IMG/VR virus record: IMGVR_UViG_3300024272_002379
Direction: 5' to 3' (one strand)
Length of the DNA: 64,000 nt
DNA from: a virus
Taxonomy: Duplodnaviria; Caudoviricetes
Shown in pieces: positions 30,121 through 39,293 of this stretch. Under the pieces are notes generated by a model. That model was not told the DNA's origin, did no database searches, and saw only the letters and a program-made list of their open reading frames with translations. The translations under genes and the position numbers were made by a program. Every line of letters starts with the position of its first letter. The stretch's first letter is position 1.

Positions 30121-30158
30121 CTTCGATATTAAATCAAAAGATATATTTAATATTTATC

Positions 30159-30986
30159 TTATTGTTGTTCTTGATAAGGTTCTTTTGTTATCATTTCATA
30201 CTCTTCTTTTGTGATAACATTTTTGCCTACCATATTGTAGACTCTTGTTTGACTCCAAAGTTTATTATCAAAATAGTTTTTAATGTCATGATACTTGTAA
30301 CTATACTCATCAGTAGGCATAGCTGGATAATCATCTAATATAACTCCTGACATTAAAGCAATATAGTCAATATCTGCTCTTTGCTGTTTTACGTGCGTAG
30401 GTAATTCCTGAATAAATTGTTCTTCTGCTTTTTGCTCAGCATTAGCTTTTTCGTCAGCTATTCTCTGAGCTTCTAATTCATCATATTTTTCTTGAGAAAA
30501 AGTCCATTCTTTTATAATAACGATTTTTTCAACGTCTTCATATACCAGATTACCTTTTTCGTCAATTTTATTTGATATAAAAATTTTAGCTCTTTCTTCA
30601 TCAGTTAAAGCTTCGTATTCTTCTTTGGTTAATTCAATTTGAACGACTTTAGGTATCTGAGTAATAACAACATTCTCCTTCTCTTCATCAGATAAAGCAT
30701 TGTATTCTTCTTCTGTAATTTCATTAATTACCTCAGCACCTTCTTCGTCAATTGTTTTAATTTCATAATGAGTATCGAATTCTGTTTCGCTTTCTGTATA
30801 TTTCAAGTACGCTTTTGCAGGCACTTGTTCTATTTCAATCTCTTCTCTGAAATTGATATAATAACATAATGCATTCTCTTCTGGAGGAAGTGAAGGCATA
30901 TCTATACCGTTTTGAATTTTTCCTATTTTTGCATAAGCATTCTGGTAAAAATAATTTTCATCTACTTTTACACTATACATTTTCAA
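30159..30986 (-). CDS. Tail-fibre assembly-type protein with C-terminal XkdX-like domain
   Basis: C-terminal IKNYFDNKLWSQTRVYNMVGKNVITKEEYEMITKEPY. Internal repeat EITEEEYNALSDEEK / ELTKEEYEALTDEER. Confidence 0.55.
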   Translation of the reverse strand: MKMYSVKVDENYFYQNAYAKIGKIQNGIDMPSLPPEENALCYYINFREEIEIEQVPAKAYLKYTESETEFDTHYEIKTIDEEGAEVINEITEEEYNALSDEEKENVVITQIPKVVQIELTKEEYEALTDEERAKIFISNKIDEKGNLVYEDVEKIVIIKEWTFSQEKYDELEAQRIADEKANAEQKAEEQFIQELPTHVKQQRADIDYIALMSGVILDDYPAMPTDEYSYKYHDIKNYFDNKLWSQTRVYNMVGKNVITKEEYEMITKEPYQEQQ

Positions 30987-30996
30987 ATCTCCTTTA

Positions 30997-32238
30997 CTAC
31001 ATTTTTAAGAAAATTCCATTATAAGTAGCTTTATCTGGATATGTTGCGTCTACACCAATATCCTCTGGAATATAGTAAGTTTCGCCATCTATCGTATAAT
31101 ATTGCCCCCTGGTAAATGTATGGTATTTTTCACTTATTTCTCCAACAATTAAGTTATCGAATACAATCAAACCATTAAGAGCTTGAAGTTTTATCTTAGC
31201 AAATTTTGTATTATCAATGCCAAGATACTCATTCATAAATGGATACTTATCTATATTAAAAGTACGCATTACTTCCATATCTTGTTCATATAAGTTATTG
31301 CCAGTTTTAATGTCCCATACAGATATTCTGGTAAACATATTGGTAATATTGTCACTATATGCATTATCCAAAGCGATATTATTGGACAATATAGTAGGCG
31401 ATAAAGTTGTTAACAATACTTCGCTATTTAAACAATCTATACCTTTAATAAAAAAACCAATTGGAAACTCATTAACATATCCGTCATGTAAAGTACTATA
31501 AGTAAGATATAAGTAATTGTCATTATAGTAAAGATTTATTTTGTATTTTATAGTATTTCTTAATGTATAACTTTCGCACAAAGAAGCTATAAGATTAAAA
31601 CCTATAAAATTATAAATTTCTCCATATCCTGTATGGCCACCACTGGCAGTGAAATACGCATTCTGATAAGTTCCAGAAAGATTTGTAGCTGAATAATTTA
31701 TATGATAATCATGAATAAATCTATTAAAAGATTTATTAAAGCCATTTACATGATAAGTGCTACTTGTCACTTCAGAACCGTTTGCCCAGTATCCATTTAT
31801 TTCTTTCGTTCCATTATTAACTGCTGTACTTCCATTTGAATTGACTTGACTTGAACTCACTGCTCCGCCTTCATATATATTAGCACAAGGATTGCTTATA
31901 TAGTTTTCTTTATACAAAATAGGAACAATAGAATATCTTGCTTCTTGAACTGCTGTACTAGCTGCATATTGCACCTCGATACAGAAACAGTAAAATTTCT
32001 GTCCAAATAAAGTAAATGATTTATCCGTTTCGTCACAAACAACATCTAATCCATTAGAAGCCGCTTCTTCTAGTAAAATCTTTAAGTCATTGTAAAATAC
32101 CTCAGTATACTCTTTTACCTGATGATAAGGAACATATCCGCCATCTTCTGTATTAACCGTATAAAACCCTGTAGGGTCATTTAAGTAACATGTAAATGTA
32201 TCAAGTATTTGTTCGTTTAATCGTGATATGTATGGCAT
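30997..32238 (-). CDS. Hypothetical protein of the fibre cluster
   Basis: 413-aa Asn/Tyr-rich ORF with SD; no motif recognised. Confidence 0.6.
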   Translation of the reverse strand: MPYISRLNEQILDTFTCYLNDPTGFYTVNTEDGGYVPYHQVKEYTEVFYNDLKILLEEAASNGLDVVCDETDKSFTLFGQKFYCFCIEVQYAASTAVQEARYSIVPILYKENYISNPCANIYEGGAVSSSQVNSNGSTAVNNGTKEINGYWANGSEVTSSTYHVNGFNKSFNRFIHDYHINYSATNLSGTYQNAYFTASGGHTGYGEIYNFIGFNLIASLCESYTLRNTIKYKINLYYNDNYLYLTYSTLHDGYVNEFPIGFFIKGIDCLNSEVLLTTLSPTILSNNIALDNAYSDNITNMFTRISVWDIKTGNNLYEQDMEVMRTFNIDKYPFMNEYLGIDNTKFAKIKLQALNGLIVFDNLIVGEISEKYHTFTRGQYYTIDGETYYIPEDIGVDATYPDKATYNGIFLKM

Positions 32239-32532
32239 TTATACTTCCTCCTCTATCTGTATTACATTATCTGTAAAAGTAAATGTTGTTCCTGTTAATA
32301 TATTTAACGCTGGTTCATATATTTTAGTACAGTAATAATCGTTAGTTGTAGTGTCATAATCTGGAAACTTTATATCAAGACCACCACTAGATGATGTTTC
32401 TAATTTTCTAATTACATCTCCAAGTTCTTTTAAAGTAATACCATCAAGTACATATCCTTTTTCTTGCAAAGCTTTTTTAATGTCCTGAACGGCGTTACAT
32501 GTGTATTGTATTTTTTCGATTAAAGTTCCCAT
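32239..32532 (-). CDS. Small fibre-associated protein
   Basis: MGTLIEKIQY...DIKKALQEKG...LKELGDVIRKL motif common in Firmicute phage tail modules; start overlaps the upstream stop. Confidence 0.55.
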   Translation of the reverse strand: MGTLIEKIQYTCNAVQDIKKALQEKGYVLDGITLKELGDVIRKLETSSSGGLDIKFPDYDTTTNDYYCTKIYEPALNILTGTTFTFTDNVIQIEEEV

Positions 32533-34181
32533 TATACCACCTCACCGTTCAACTCATCTAAAATTTGCTCCAACAAGGCAATTTCCTGTTCAAGTTTTTC
32601 ATCGGTATTGATATATTGAACTGTAACATTGTCTGCACAAAAATATGTTGGTTCATATTTAATATAAGAAAATGGTCCTAATACAGCCCCAAATAACCTT
32701 ATGTCTCCTAAACCACGATTTGAATTACCTGTAGTATGAGTAGAGTAAACAATTATTCGAAAAAATTTATATCTTATATTAGATACTAATTCATAGTCAT
32801 AATATTTGACGTCATCATCAGGTAACACATCCGTTAATAGCGTATCAAAATTTATACCATCTTCAGAGGCTTGAACTTCAAAATCCTTACATCTATTAAC
32901 AGAACCGTATTTTATATTACGTAAACTTATTTTGTCTATTTTTCTTACTTTACTGTCAATAAATTCTATTTGTATATAATCTGATACTGTATTGTTTGCA
33001 AACCAACCTGTTGAATCACTTCTATCAAATGCATAATACCCTTTATATGCCGTAGAATATTCACTACCTTGTGTAACAATACAAGTATTGTTGTAGTAAT
33101 TATTCATTTGAGGCACCAATCCATACACTGTGTCATTTTCCGTGTTAATATTGAGATTGGGTACACAAAAAGTATTAATGCCATCTCCACCAAAATAATT
33201 ATAACTACCAAATTCATTTAGTATATGCTCAGCTAAATATGTGTAATCTGCAATATTATATTCGCTACCATCACATGCTAAATAATGCTTGGGAACTTCC
33301 ATGCCCATGTGAGAGATTGTATGACCTACAGGTGTATCTTCAATGCCAATAACTTCATTTTCATATCCTAAAATATTAAGATTATATTGCTTACCATATT
33401 CAATAGAAGAATTAACGAATTCCATATCAGCAGTGTAATTTGACAATATTTCTTCTTGAGCAAGAATTCTGTCGTAAATTCTTATTCGATACATATTTCC
33501 TTGAAAATTAGCTGAACCGCTATAAGAACGTCTGCCTATATATGTTCCTGTAAAAGTTGATGTATTCCAAGTATCAGTTTTGTCTTGCTCTTCAAGTTTT
33601 ACGCCGTTTACATATATAGTCATAGTGTCTTCGTTTTCATAACAAATAGTTAGCAAGTTTACTTTGTTTGTTAATTCAGAAAAATCGTAAAGAAAAGTTT
33701 TGCCTCCTTTGTGTCTTCCGCTAAAATAAGTACTCCAATATCCGCAAACTATTCGTGGACTATAGTTTTCAAAAAATACAATTTGATTTTTTGAGCTATC
33801 AAATTGCAATAAAAACTCTAATGTTACTGGATATTGTATCTTAATATCTTGTGCGTGCAAATATTGGCTATTTCCAAAAACACCTTTTTTATTGTTAATA
33901 AAAACTCCATTATTTTGAGCATATTGTTCATTATTAATAACGTTATAAACATAGCTAACATCAGGACTTCTATAAGAATCCAGAAAATCTATGTAGTATG
34001 TTAGACCCTCAGTAATAATACCATTACAAGGGTCATAATCATCTACAAAGATAAAATTACTTCTGTTAAGTTGTCTTCTGATTTTGTTATCAGCAGCATC
34101 AATATATTCAAGTGCTCTTCTGTTATTTTCAGATAAGGCTAATTCTAAGTTAGCCTTATCAATAGCCTTACCTTCCGCCAT
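32532..34181 (-). CDS. Tail fibre protein: LamG/ConA-like + tail collar + F5/8 type C (discoidin) domains
   Basis: FQGNMYRIRIYDRILAQEEI (LamG). TPVGHTI...YLACDGSEYNIADY...GGDGINTFCVPNL (collar). YAFD...GW...YIQIEF...KDFEVQASEDGINF...YKFFRI (discoidin). Confidence 0.78.
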   Translation of the reverse strand: MAEGKAIDKANLELALSENNRRALEYIDAADNKIRRQLNRSNFIFVDDYDPCNGIITEGLTYYIDFLDSYRSPDVSYVYNVINNEQYAQNNGVFINNKKGVFGNSQYLHAQDIKIQYPVTLEFLLQFDSSKNQIVFFENYSPRIVCGYWSTYFSGRHKGGKTFLYDFSELTNKVNLLTICYENEDTMTIYVNGVKLEEQDKTDTWNTSTFTGTYIGRRSYSGSANFQGNMYRIRIYDRILAQEEILSNYTADMEFVNSSIEYGKQYNLNILGYENEVIGIEDTPVGHTISHMGMEVPKHYLACDGSEYNIADYTYLAEHILNEFGSYNYFGGDGINTFCVPNLNINTENDTVYGLVPQMNNYYNNTCIVTQGSEYSTAYKGYYAFDRSDSTGWFANNTVSDYIQIEFIDSKVRKIDKISLRNIKYGSVNRCKDFEVQASEDGINFDTLLTDVLPDDDVKYYDYELVSNIRYKFFRIIVYSTHTTGNSNRGLGDIRLFGAVLGPFSYIKYEPTYFCADNVTVQYINTDEKLEQEIALLEQILDELNGEVV

Positions 34182-34183
34182 AA

Positions 34184-34582
34184 TTATTCACTCCAAATTC
34201 CAGCTATCATAGCAGTAATTTCTTCATCACTGTAGCTTTCTAAAGTTACTGTAATACCTGCAAGTAATTCATCAATTTCTGTTTTATTGTAGTAGTTGCT
34301 TAAATCTACAGAGCCTGCATCAACCTGTCCTAAGATTTCCCAACCAACACCTTCTTTGTAAACATATTCGTTATAGATGTTATTAGTGATTGTTGATAAA
34401 TCACTTTTTACAAGGTAGATAGTAGTTGTTGAGATGTCCGATTCAGGTAATGCATCAACCCACTTGATGTCAATAACTTTAACGTTAGCAATTTGGGCTT
34501 CTACCCATTCTTTCATTTTTGTGTTGTTTTGTGACATAGCAGCTTGAAGATTGCTCATGCTTAATGTTTTTTGGTCAGCCAT
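34184..34582 (-). CDS. Short fibre-associated protein
   Basis: VDALPESDISTTTIYLV...NIYNEYVY...WEILG...VDLSNYYNKTEID motif typical of phage fibre proteins. Confidence 0.6.
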   Translation of the reverse strand: MADQKTLSMSNLQAAMSQNNTKMKEWVEAQIANVKVIDIKWVDALPESDISTTTIYLVKSDLSTITNNIYNEYVYKEGVGWEILGQVDAGSVDLSNYYNKTEIDELLAGITVTLESYSDEEITAMIAGIWSE

Positions 34583-34594
34583 TATTTTGTCCTC

Positions 34595-35299
34595 CTATAA
34601 TAATCTTTGATAATACGGAACGATAATATTTATTATCTGTTCTCCGTCTGGGTACTTAATTTTCACATTATATTCTCCAGATTGAGTGAATGTACCTTTA
34701 ATATATCCTGGCATGTACATTAAAGCATCTGGAAGATTAGTTACGTCTATTACACTATCTGATAACTTTATTTCTATAAAACAGTTCTTTTGAACTACAA
34801 TAGACATATCAGAATAATCCGTTATTTTTTCAGGTATTACAACTTGCACCTTACTATTTACATTAACAGACACACCAGCAAATGTTAAAACACTTTCTTT
34901 TTGTTCTGAGTCAAGAACAATTGCCGATTTTGGATTGTATTTAATATTGGTTGACTGCAATTTTGACACGTACACTTCTTTGATTTTACATTCTGGATTT
35001 TGCTTGTCATTTGCAACAGCATTCCTTATACACATAAAAGTTTGCGGTTTAAGAGATTCGTACTCTTTTTCTTTATACACTTGAACAGTATAAGGAATTA
35101 ACCCATTTGAATAGTGTATTTTTGTATTATTTAAAATATTTGGATTATTGGTATGTAACGGATAAACGAATGCTTCACTTCTATTTCTCATGATACAGAT
35201 AGGATATTCGTTTTCATGTATTACAAATGCATGTCCATGCTCTGAGATAAAATTTTTAACATTTATATTTTTTACAAATGCTTTTCCGTCAAAATTCAT
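34595..35299 (-). CDS. Hypothetical protein, possible C-terminal Ig-like domain
   Basis: NLPDALMY...IKGTFTQSGEYNVKI resembles a putative Ig (He_PIG-like) repeat. Confidence 0.5.
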   Translation of the reverse strand: MNFDGKAFVKNINVKNFISEHGHAFVIHENEYPICIMRNRSEAFVYPLHTNNPNILNNTKIHYSNGLIPYTVQVYKEKEYESLKPQTFMCIRNAVANDKQNPECKIKEVYVSKLQSTNIKYNPKSAIVLDSEQKESVLTFAGVSVNVNSKVQVVIPEKITDYSDMSIVVQKNCFIEIKLSDSVIDVTNLPDALMYMPGYIKGTFTQSGEYNVKIKYPDGEQIINIIVPYYQRLL

Positions 35300-35310
35300 A
35301 TCATCACATC

Positions 35311-36867
35311 CTAACTGATAAATTTAGGATAAATAGTAATTGGACTAGCTCCTGTTATAGTAAGACCGATTTGTTGTTTGCCCATTCCATTGTATGTAAA
35401 TCTTAATGTCGAAGTATTATTTTCTGCAAACACCGCTGGACCACTAATTGTAAGTTCAAATATACCAACAAAGTGTTCTTCGAGATAGTTCAATGCAGAG
35501 AATTCTATGTATGTACTAATTGATGAACCTGTATAATCATAGTACTCCTTTTCGAATTCAATTTCAACTGATTGTGCATCTTCCATGTTAATCATATGAA
35601 CTGAACTATCAGTTTTAAGATACCAAACTCTTTGAAGTTCATCTAATCCCACTGAGTAGCACCCTGTGATTTCAAAATTAGTAGATTCGTATCTTAATGT
35701 TGTCTGATTGAATTTCAGAATCTGGAATGCATTTTGCTTAGCAATTAGCAAATGTTCTTTAGATTCATTATAGATAAAACCACCGATTTGTTTAGCTTCA
35801 TCTATTTGATTATATCCTGTAAAAGTCAAACTTGTTGCAGAATTAATTCGAAATGTATAAATACCTTGAGTAGCTATAAAGCTACCGTGCTCGTAATTGT
35901 ATCTATACACAACTACATTAAGATATTTAATGCCATTAAAATCAGCGATAAAATTCCTAACTGTATTATATTGAGAATTATTATAACTTGCAACCGTGTC
36001 AAAGAAATCTATTTTAGTTTTCCCTCCGCTCCATGCAATTGTAGTTTTTTGCATCGTAAATCCTTCAGCGTAAGTTTTACTTGTATCAAATTGATAAAAA
36101 TCAATTGGCTGAGCTGGGTCAGTTACATTACACAAGAATAAACCAAATGTATTATCATCTATCTGATAAGGATTATCACTAATATTAGTTAAATAATAAT
36201 TACCACCTATATCTGATTGTCCTCTAAATATTGCTTGAGATGTACTAAACCCATGAGATGATTTATTTAATGTTGCAGCGTACATATTTTGTTCGGAAGC
36301 ATATACAAAGTAAATATTAACATCATCTTCATGTATTTTTCTCAAACGAGCATAATTATAACTAGCTGATGTATACCATATTCTTGATACACTAAAATTG
36401 TCTTTATTAAAACTATATATTGAATATGTTGTATTACTTCTTTGAGTCCAAAATACATAATGGTCGTTTTGACCTACGAACTCTAAAAATTGATAATCGC
36501 CCATATTATATACATTAAGAACTGTAGTTTCTCCATTTTCGGTTTCTTCCATAGTGATTAATCTTGATTCTCTACTTCCAGAGATATATCCAGTAAGAGT
36601 TCTTAAGTAATATCTATTAGGGTACACAGAGTCTCTTAAAATGCCAATTTCGTCATTAGGGTCACTCCATGAGAAACCCTGTAAATATAACTGTTTTCTA
36701 GTACACAAACTATAAGGGGAGCCGTATAAATCACACACCTCAAAAGGTACAGGTGATAACTTTTCTTTTGTATAGTATTGTGTATTTAATAAAAACCCTT
36801 TAGTTGTTTCTATTACCTTAGGTGCTATGTCTGTAATTGTTGTATTTGCTGGATTTATTATTTTCAT
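35311..36867 (-). CDS. Beta-rich (propeller-like) virion protein, paralog of 36878..38452
   Basis: Shares N-terminal PKxxET...NTQ...L.P.P and C-terminal F.A.N.L.E...L...GP.VF.EN...ITG motifs with its neighbour. Confidence 0.6.
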   Translation of the reverse strand: MKIINPANTTITDIAPKVIETTKGFLLNTQYYTKEKLSPVPFEVCDLYGSPYSLCTRKQLYLQGFSWSDPNDEIGILRDSVYPNRYYLRTLTGYISGSRESRLITMEETENGETTVLNVYNMGDYQFLEFVGQNDHYVFWTQRSNTTYSIYSFNKDNFSVSRIWYTSASYNYARLRKIHEDDVNIYFVYASEQNMYAATLNKSSHGFSTSQAIFRGQSDIGGNYYLTNISDNPYQIDDNTFGLFLCNVTDPAQPIDFYQFDTSKTYAEGFTMQKTTIAWSGGKTKIDFFDTVASYNNSQYNTVRNFIADFNGIKYLNVVVYRYNYEHGSFIATQGIYTFRINSATSLTFTGYNQIDEAKQIGGFIYNESKEHLLIAKQNAFQILKFNQTTLRYESTNFEITGCYSVGLDELQRVWYLKTDSSVHMINMEDAQSVEIEFEKEYYDYTGSSISTYIEFSALNYLEEHFVGIFELTISGPAVFAENNTSTLRFTYNGMGKQQIGLTITGASPITIYPKFIS

Positions 36868-36877
36868 TTTAGCCTCC

Positions 36878-38452
36878 TTATGTGTTTTGCGTAATAATCA
36901 CTTCTATAGAGCCATACCCTGTAATTGTTACAGGAACTGTTCGCTGTCCAGTTTTTAATGTAGAAACTACAAGTTCGGTCGAATTATTTTCTTTAAAAAC
37001 CACTGGTCCAATCAATGTAAGCTTTACACTTGTTTCTAGGTACTCATCTAAAAAGTTTTTAGCATAAAAACTTACAGTGGTGTCTACAGGACCTGTGTTT
37101 TTTTCATAAATTTCATTCTGAAAATCTGCCTTAAGTATACAAGCATTTGTTTCCGTTAGTATTTCTATTGCGTTTGACGAATGGTGTATGTAGAAACGAT
37201 TTAACGAATCGAATCCTGCTAATCTTGGAACAGCACCTTTTCTAAATGTCTGTACAAATCTTTGTTTTGTATGGTCGAATGAGTAAAATATACAAGCATT
37301 TTCCAAAACAAAAACTGGCTTTTCATAATCTTCTTCTACAAACAACACGCCTTTACATCCGTCTGTTAATGGTATTATTTGCAATATATAAAATCCATCA
37401 TCCTTTAATTCCAATAGTACATGCTTGTGCTGAGCGTAAGTTGATTTATAATTTGGCGATGAATAAATGGTGCATTCGACATAAATATGTCCGTTAGATT
37501 CAAATGTTTGTAATTGGTTCCATAGCTCATGTCCATATGGCAATGTGTTATCAACAGAACTATCCATTTTAAATGAATCATAGTTTTTAATTTCTACGGT
37601 TTCATAGGCTATTGTGTCATCATTCGTGTTTAACTTTAGCTTTCTAAAGCCGTATTTATGCGAAGCACTTGCTGAATCATAATTATCAAACAACATATAG
37701 TAGTATCCATTTATTTTTATAGGATTACTACCTATACGATTTGTTCCAGGTATTGTTTCTCCTATCTGTGCAAGTGTATTGGCTGAAGTATTGATTTTAT
37801 ATATTACATAACTTGCATAACTAAACCTTAAAACATATCCAATATCATTAGAATGTTCCATGTAATATGTCTGATTGTATACGTTACAATTATTAGTTAA
37901 TAAATAAGTAGGAGCTAATGTTTTTTTATTTAACTTTCCTAATGTATAACAAGTGTATTGTCCAAAACCATGATTGTAATAGTCTCCTTTGTATGTAAAA
38001 ACAAAATCGTTTTCTGTTTCATATAATATTACAAAGTCAGCTTTATTAATCCATTCTGTATTACCAAAACCATTAGATACTAATCGAGTTTCCACTGTGT
38101 ATTCATTATTTTTTTCTCTTATTTTTGCAATGTACTGACTGTCGTAACTGTTCCATTTACCTATAACATAAAAAACATCACTATCGTATTTGTCTCTAAT
38201 AATATTTTTGTAATTACCTATTCGTTGACAGTTTGCGTATAACAAAGAACTTTGCTCAAAAGTAGAATCGTATATACCTGTATTTAAAACACTAGTTGCA
38301 TATCCGCTTTGAACAGGGATACTAAATTTCATAGGAATAGGCTTTAGTGTTTGTTTATCATGAATCTGTGTATTCATGATAAGATGTTTGGGAGTTTCAA
38401 AAATTTTAGGGATAGCTCCCTGTATAGTGCTTACGTCATTAATTAACTCCAT
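36878..38452 (-). CDS. Beta-rich (propeller-like) virion protein, paralog of 35311..36867
   Basis: Shares N- and C-terminal motifs with its neighbour; Tyr/Asn-rich centre. Confidence 0.6.
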   Translation of the reverse strand: MELINDVSTIQGAIPKIFETPKHLIMNTQIHDKQTLKPIPMKFSIPVQSGYATSVLNTGIYDSTFEQSSLLYANCQRIGNYKNIIRDKYDSDVFYVIGKWNSYDSQYIAKIREKNNEYTVETRLVSNGFGNTEWINKADFVILYETENDFVFTYKGDYYNHGFGQYTCYTLGKLNKKTLAPTYLLTNNCNVYNQTYYMEHSNDIGYVLRFSYASYVIYKINTSANTLAQIGETIPGTNRIGSNPIKINGYYYMLFDNYDSASASHKYGFRKLKLNTNDDTIAYETVEIKNYDSFKMDSSVDNTLPYGHELWNQLQTFESNGHIYVECTIYSSPNYKSTYAQHKHVLLELKDDGFYILQIIPLTDGCKGVLFVEEDYEKPVFVLENACIFYSFDHTKQRFVQTFRKGAVPRLAGFDSLNRFYIHHSSNAIEILTETNACILKADFQNEIYEKNTGPVDTTVSFYAKNFLDEYLETSVKLTLIGPVVFKENNSTELVVSTLKTGQRTVPVTITGYGSIEVIITQNT

Positions 38453-38463
38453 ATTTGTACCTC

Positions 38464-39282
38464 CTATACATAAGTAACGTACAAAAATAACTGATAGTTA
38501 CCTTTTATAAATATTTCTATATTAGGAATATTAGGTAACTTATATCTTTGTATTTCTGATTTGGCTAATGTATCATTTAAAGTTTGAATACCGTTTTCCA
38601 GTATTTTTACGTTTATTTGGTCAGTATCTGATTTATTGATTAACATAAATTCTAAATCCAATATAACATCTGATGACAAACTATACAATGTAGAAATATC
38701 AATAACACTATCGAGAAACAAATTATAGCCATTGTATTCATGTGTTTGAGATTTGGTTGTATTGCCAGCAATAACTTTAATTTTCTCTGTAATTATATCA
38801 TATCTTTCATTGAATATTTGGGTTTGTTGGATTATTTTGTCATCTATTTCATCTTTTGCCGCATCTATATCATCTGTAGTAGCGTTATTTGCTGGTATTT
38901 TTGGTACATAATACCCATCTGCATATTTTGTCAGGGCGTTATTAACTTGCCCAGAAATCAGGAAAGCTTGTACGTAATATCCGTTACCATACTTAACTAA
39001 AGCGTTGTTTGCTGCTGGAGAGATGACAATATCTTTATCGACAACAGTGGTTCCACCGCCTGTAGCTATATCATTCCACTTACCGTTATAATACTGAAGT
39101 TTTTTATTATAGTACCTTAAACCATGAATACCCGCTTCTGTATTTACACTTAACGTTTCATGTGTAGATGTAGCTATTATTGGTTTTCCTTTATATAGCA
39201 AAACAGAATCGGGTGATTCTGTAAATTGCTTCAATATATCATAATTCTCGTGTACATGTGTTTTTATCAATGAAGAACTCAT
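38464..39282 (-). CDS. Fibre-like protein with short internal repeat
   Basis: ISPAANNALVKYGNGYYV / ISGQVNNALTKYADGYYV repeat; GIHGLRYYNKKLQYY motif. Confidence 0.55.
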   Translation of the reverse strand: MSSSLIKTHVHENYDILKQFTESPDSVLLYKGKPIIATSTHETLSVNTEAGIHGLRYYNKKLQYYNGKWNDIATGGGTTVVDKDIVISPAANNALVKYGNGYYVQAFLISGQVNNALTKYADGYYVPKIPANNATTDDIDAAKDEIDDKIIQQTQIFNERYDIITEKIKVIAGNTTKSQTHEYNGYNLFLDSVIDISTLYSLSSDVILDLEFMLINKSDTDQINVKILENGIQTLNDTLAKSEIQRYKLPNIPNIEIFIKGNYQLFLYVTYV

Positions 39283-39293
39283 CTAATCACCCC

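Noticed and set aside
18396-30158. tRNA or structured ncRNA in the longer intergenic gaps (18396-18476, 21570-21682, 30074-30158)
   Set aside because: The gaps are short and AT-rich with no cloverleaf, and are largely explained by promoter, terminator and SD elements.
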